Part shown: one piece after another, positions 63,801 through 64,000 of the stretch
Layout: each line of letters starts with the position of its first letter
Numbering within the stretch: the stretch's first letter is position 1
DNA from: Vicugna vicugna
Taxonomy: Eukaryota
NCBI GenBank assembly: GCA_013265495.1
Contig: MU058636.1
Coordinates: forward strand, 1,612,001-1,676,000
DNA: 64,000 nt
Direction: 5' to 3'
The notes under the pieces: generated by a model
Told to the model about the DNA's origin: nothing
Databases searched by the model: none
What the model saw: the letters and a program-made list of their open reading frames with translations, nothing else
Position numbers and translations under genes: made by a program

Positions 63801-64000
63801 GCTGCATTTCATAGAAGGGAAACAAAGTTGGAGAGTTTCAAGGCTGATCTACCACATCAGTTTATGATGTGATCCAATCCATGAAATTCAAACAGAAGGG
63901 TACAGATCAAAAAGGGCAGAACAGAAGTGATTTTTGTCAGAGGCAATTTCGTATAGTGAAAACCTATGAATTTTATAGAACAAAAGTTATGGACTACTGA

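Noticed and set aside
1..64000. CRISPR arrays, operons, rRNA or recognisable snoRNA/miRNA genes
   Set aside because: This is mammalian DNA with no repeat-spacer array. I saw no RNA gene I could support, though a covariance-model (Rfam) search would be needed to exclude small ones.

Overview
Mammalian genomic DNA, most likely a camelid: three copies of a short tRNA-Ala-derived SINE look like the vic-1 family. The window holds the whole POLR1D locus on the + strand. A 26-nt coding exon 1 (MEEDQELER, 4626-4651) splices in two ways. One route goes to a single nearby exon (5587-5962) and gives RPAC2/AC19, the 133-aa shared Pol I/Pol III subunit. The other skips about 24 kb to exons 28859-28933 and 39826-40093 and gives an unrelated, basic 122-aa protein (POLR1D isoform 2). 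Upstream is a second CpG-island promoter that probably drives the divergent gene LNX2; that name rests on recalled synteny, as no LNX2 coding sequence is in the window. The rest is intron or intergenic DNA rich in fossil repeats (L1, L2, MIR, MaLR/MER21 LTRs, ERV1 and ERVL remnants, hAT and Tigger-type DNA transposons). Main points of interest: the two-proteins-one-start-exon architecture with a weak proximal acceptor; a strong-Kozak uORF ending 22 nt before the shared ATG, with in-frame downstream ATGs in both mRNAs; an abrupt GC shift in the isoform-2 tail; a divergent CTCF-like motif pair before the last exon; a provirus whose two LTRs diverged asymmetrically; and a SINE with a 3' extension inside its TSD. 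Repeat family names come from recalled consensus sequences and their boundaries are approximate. Most ORFs in the supplied track are spurious.
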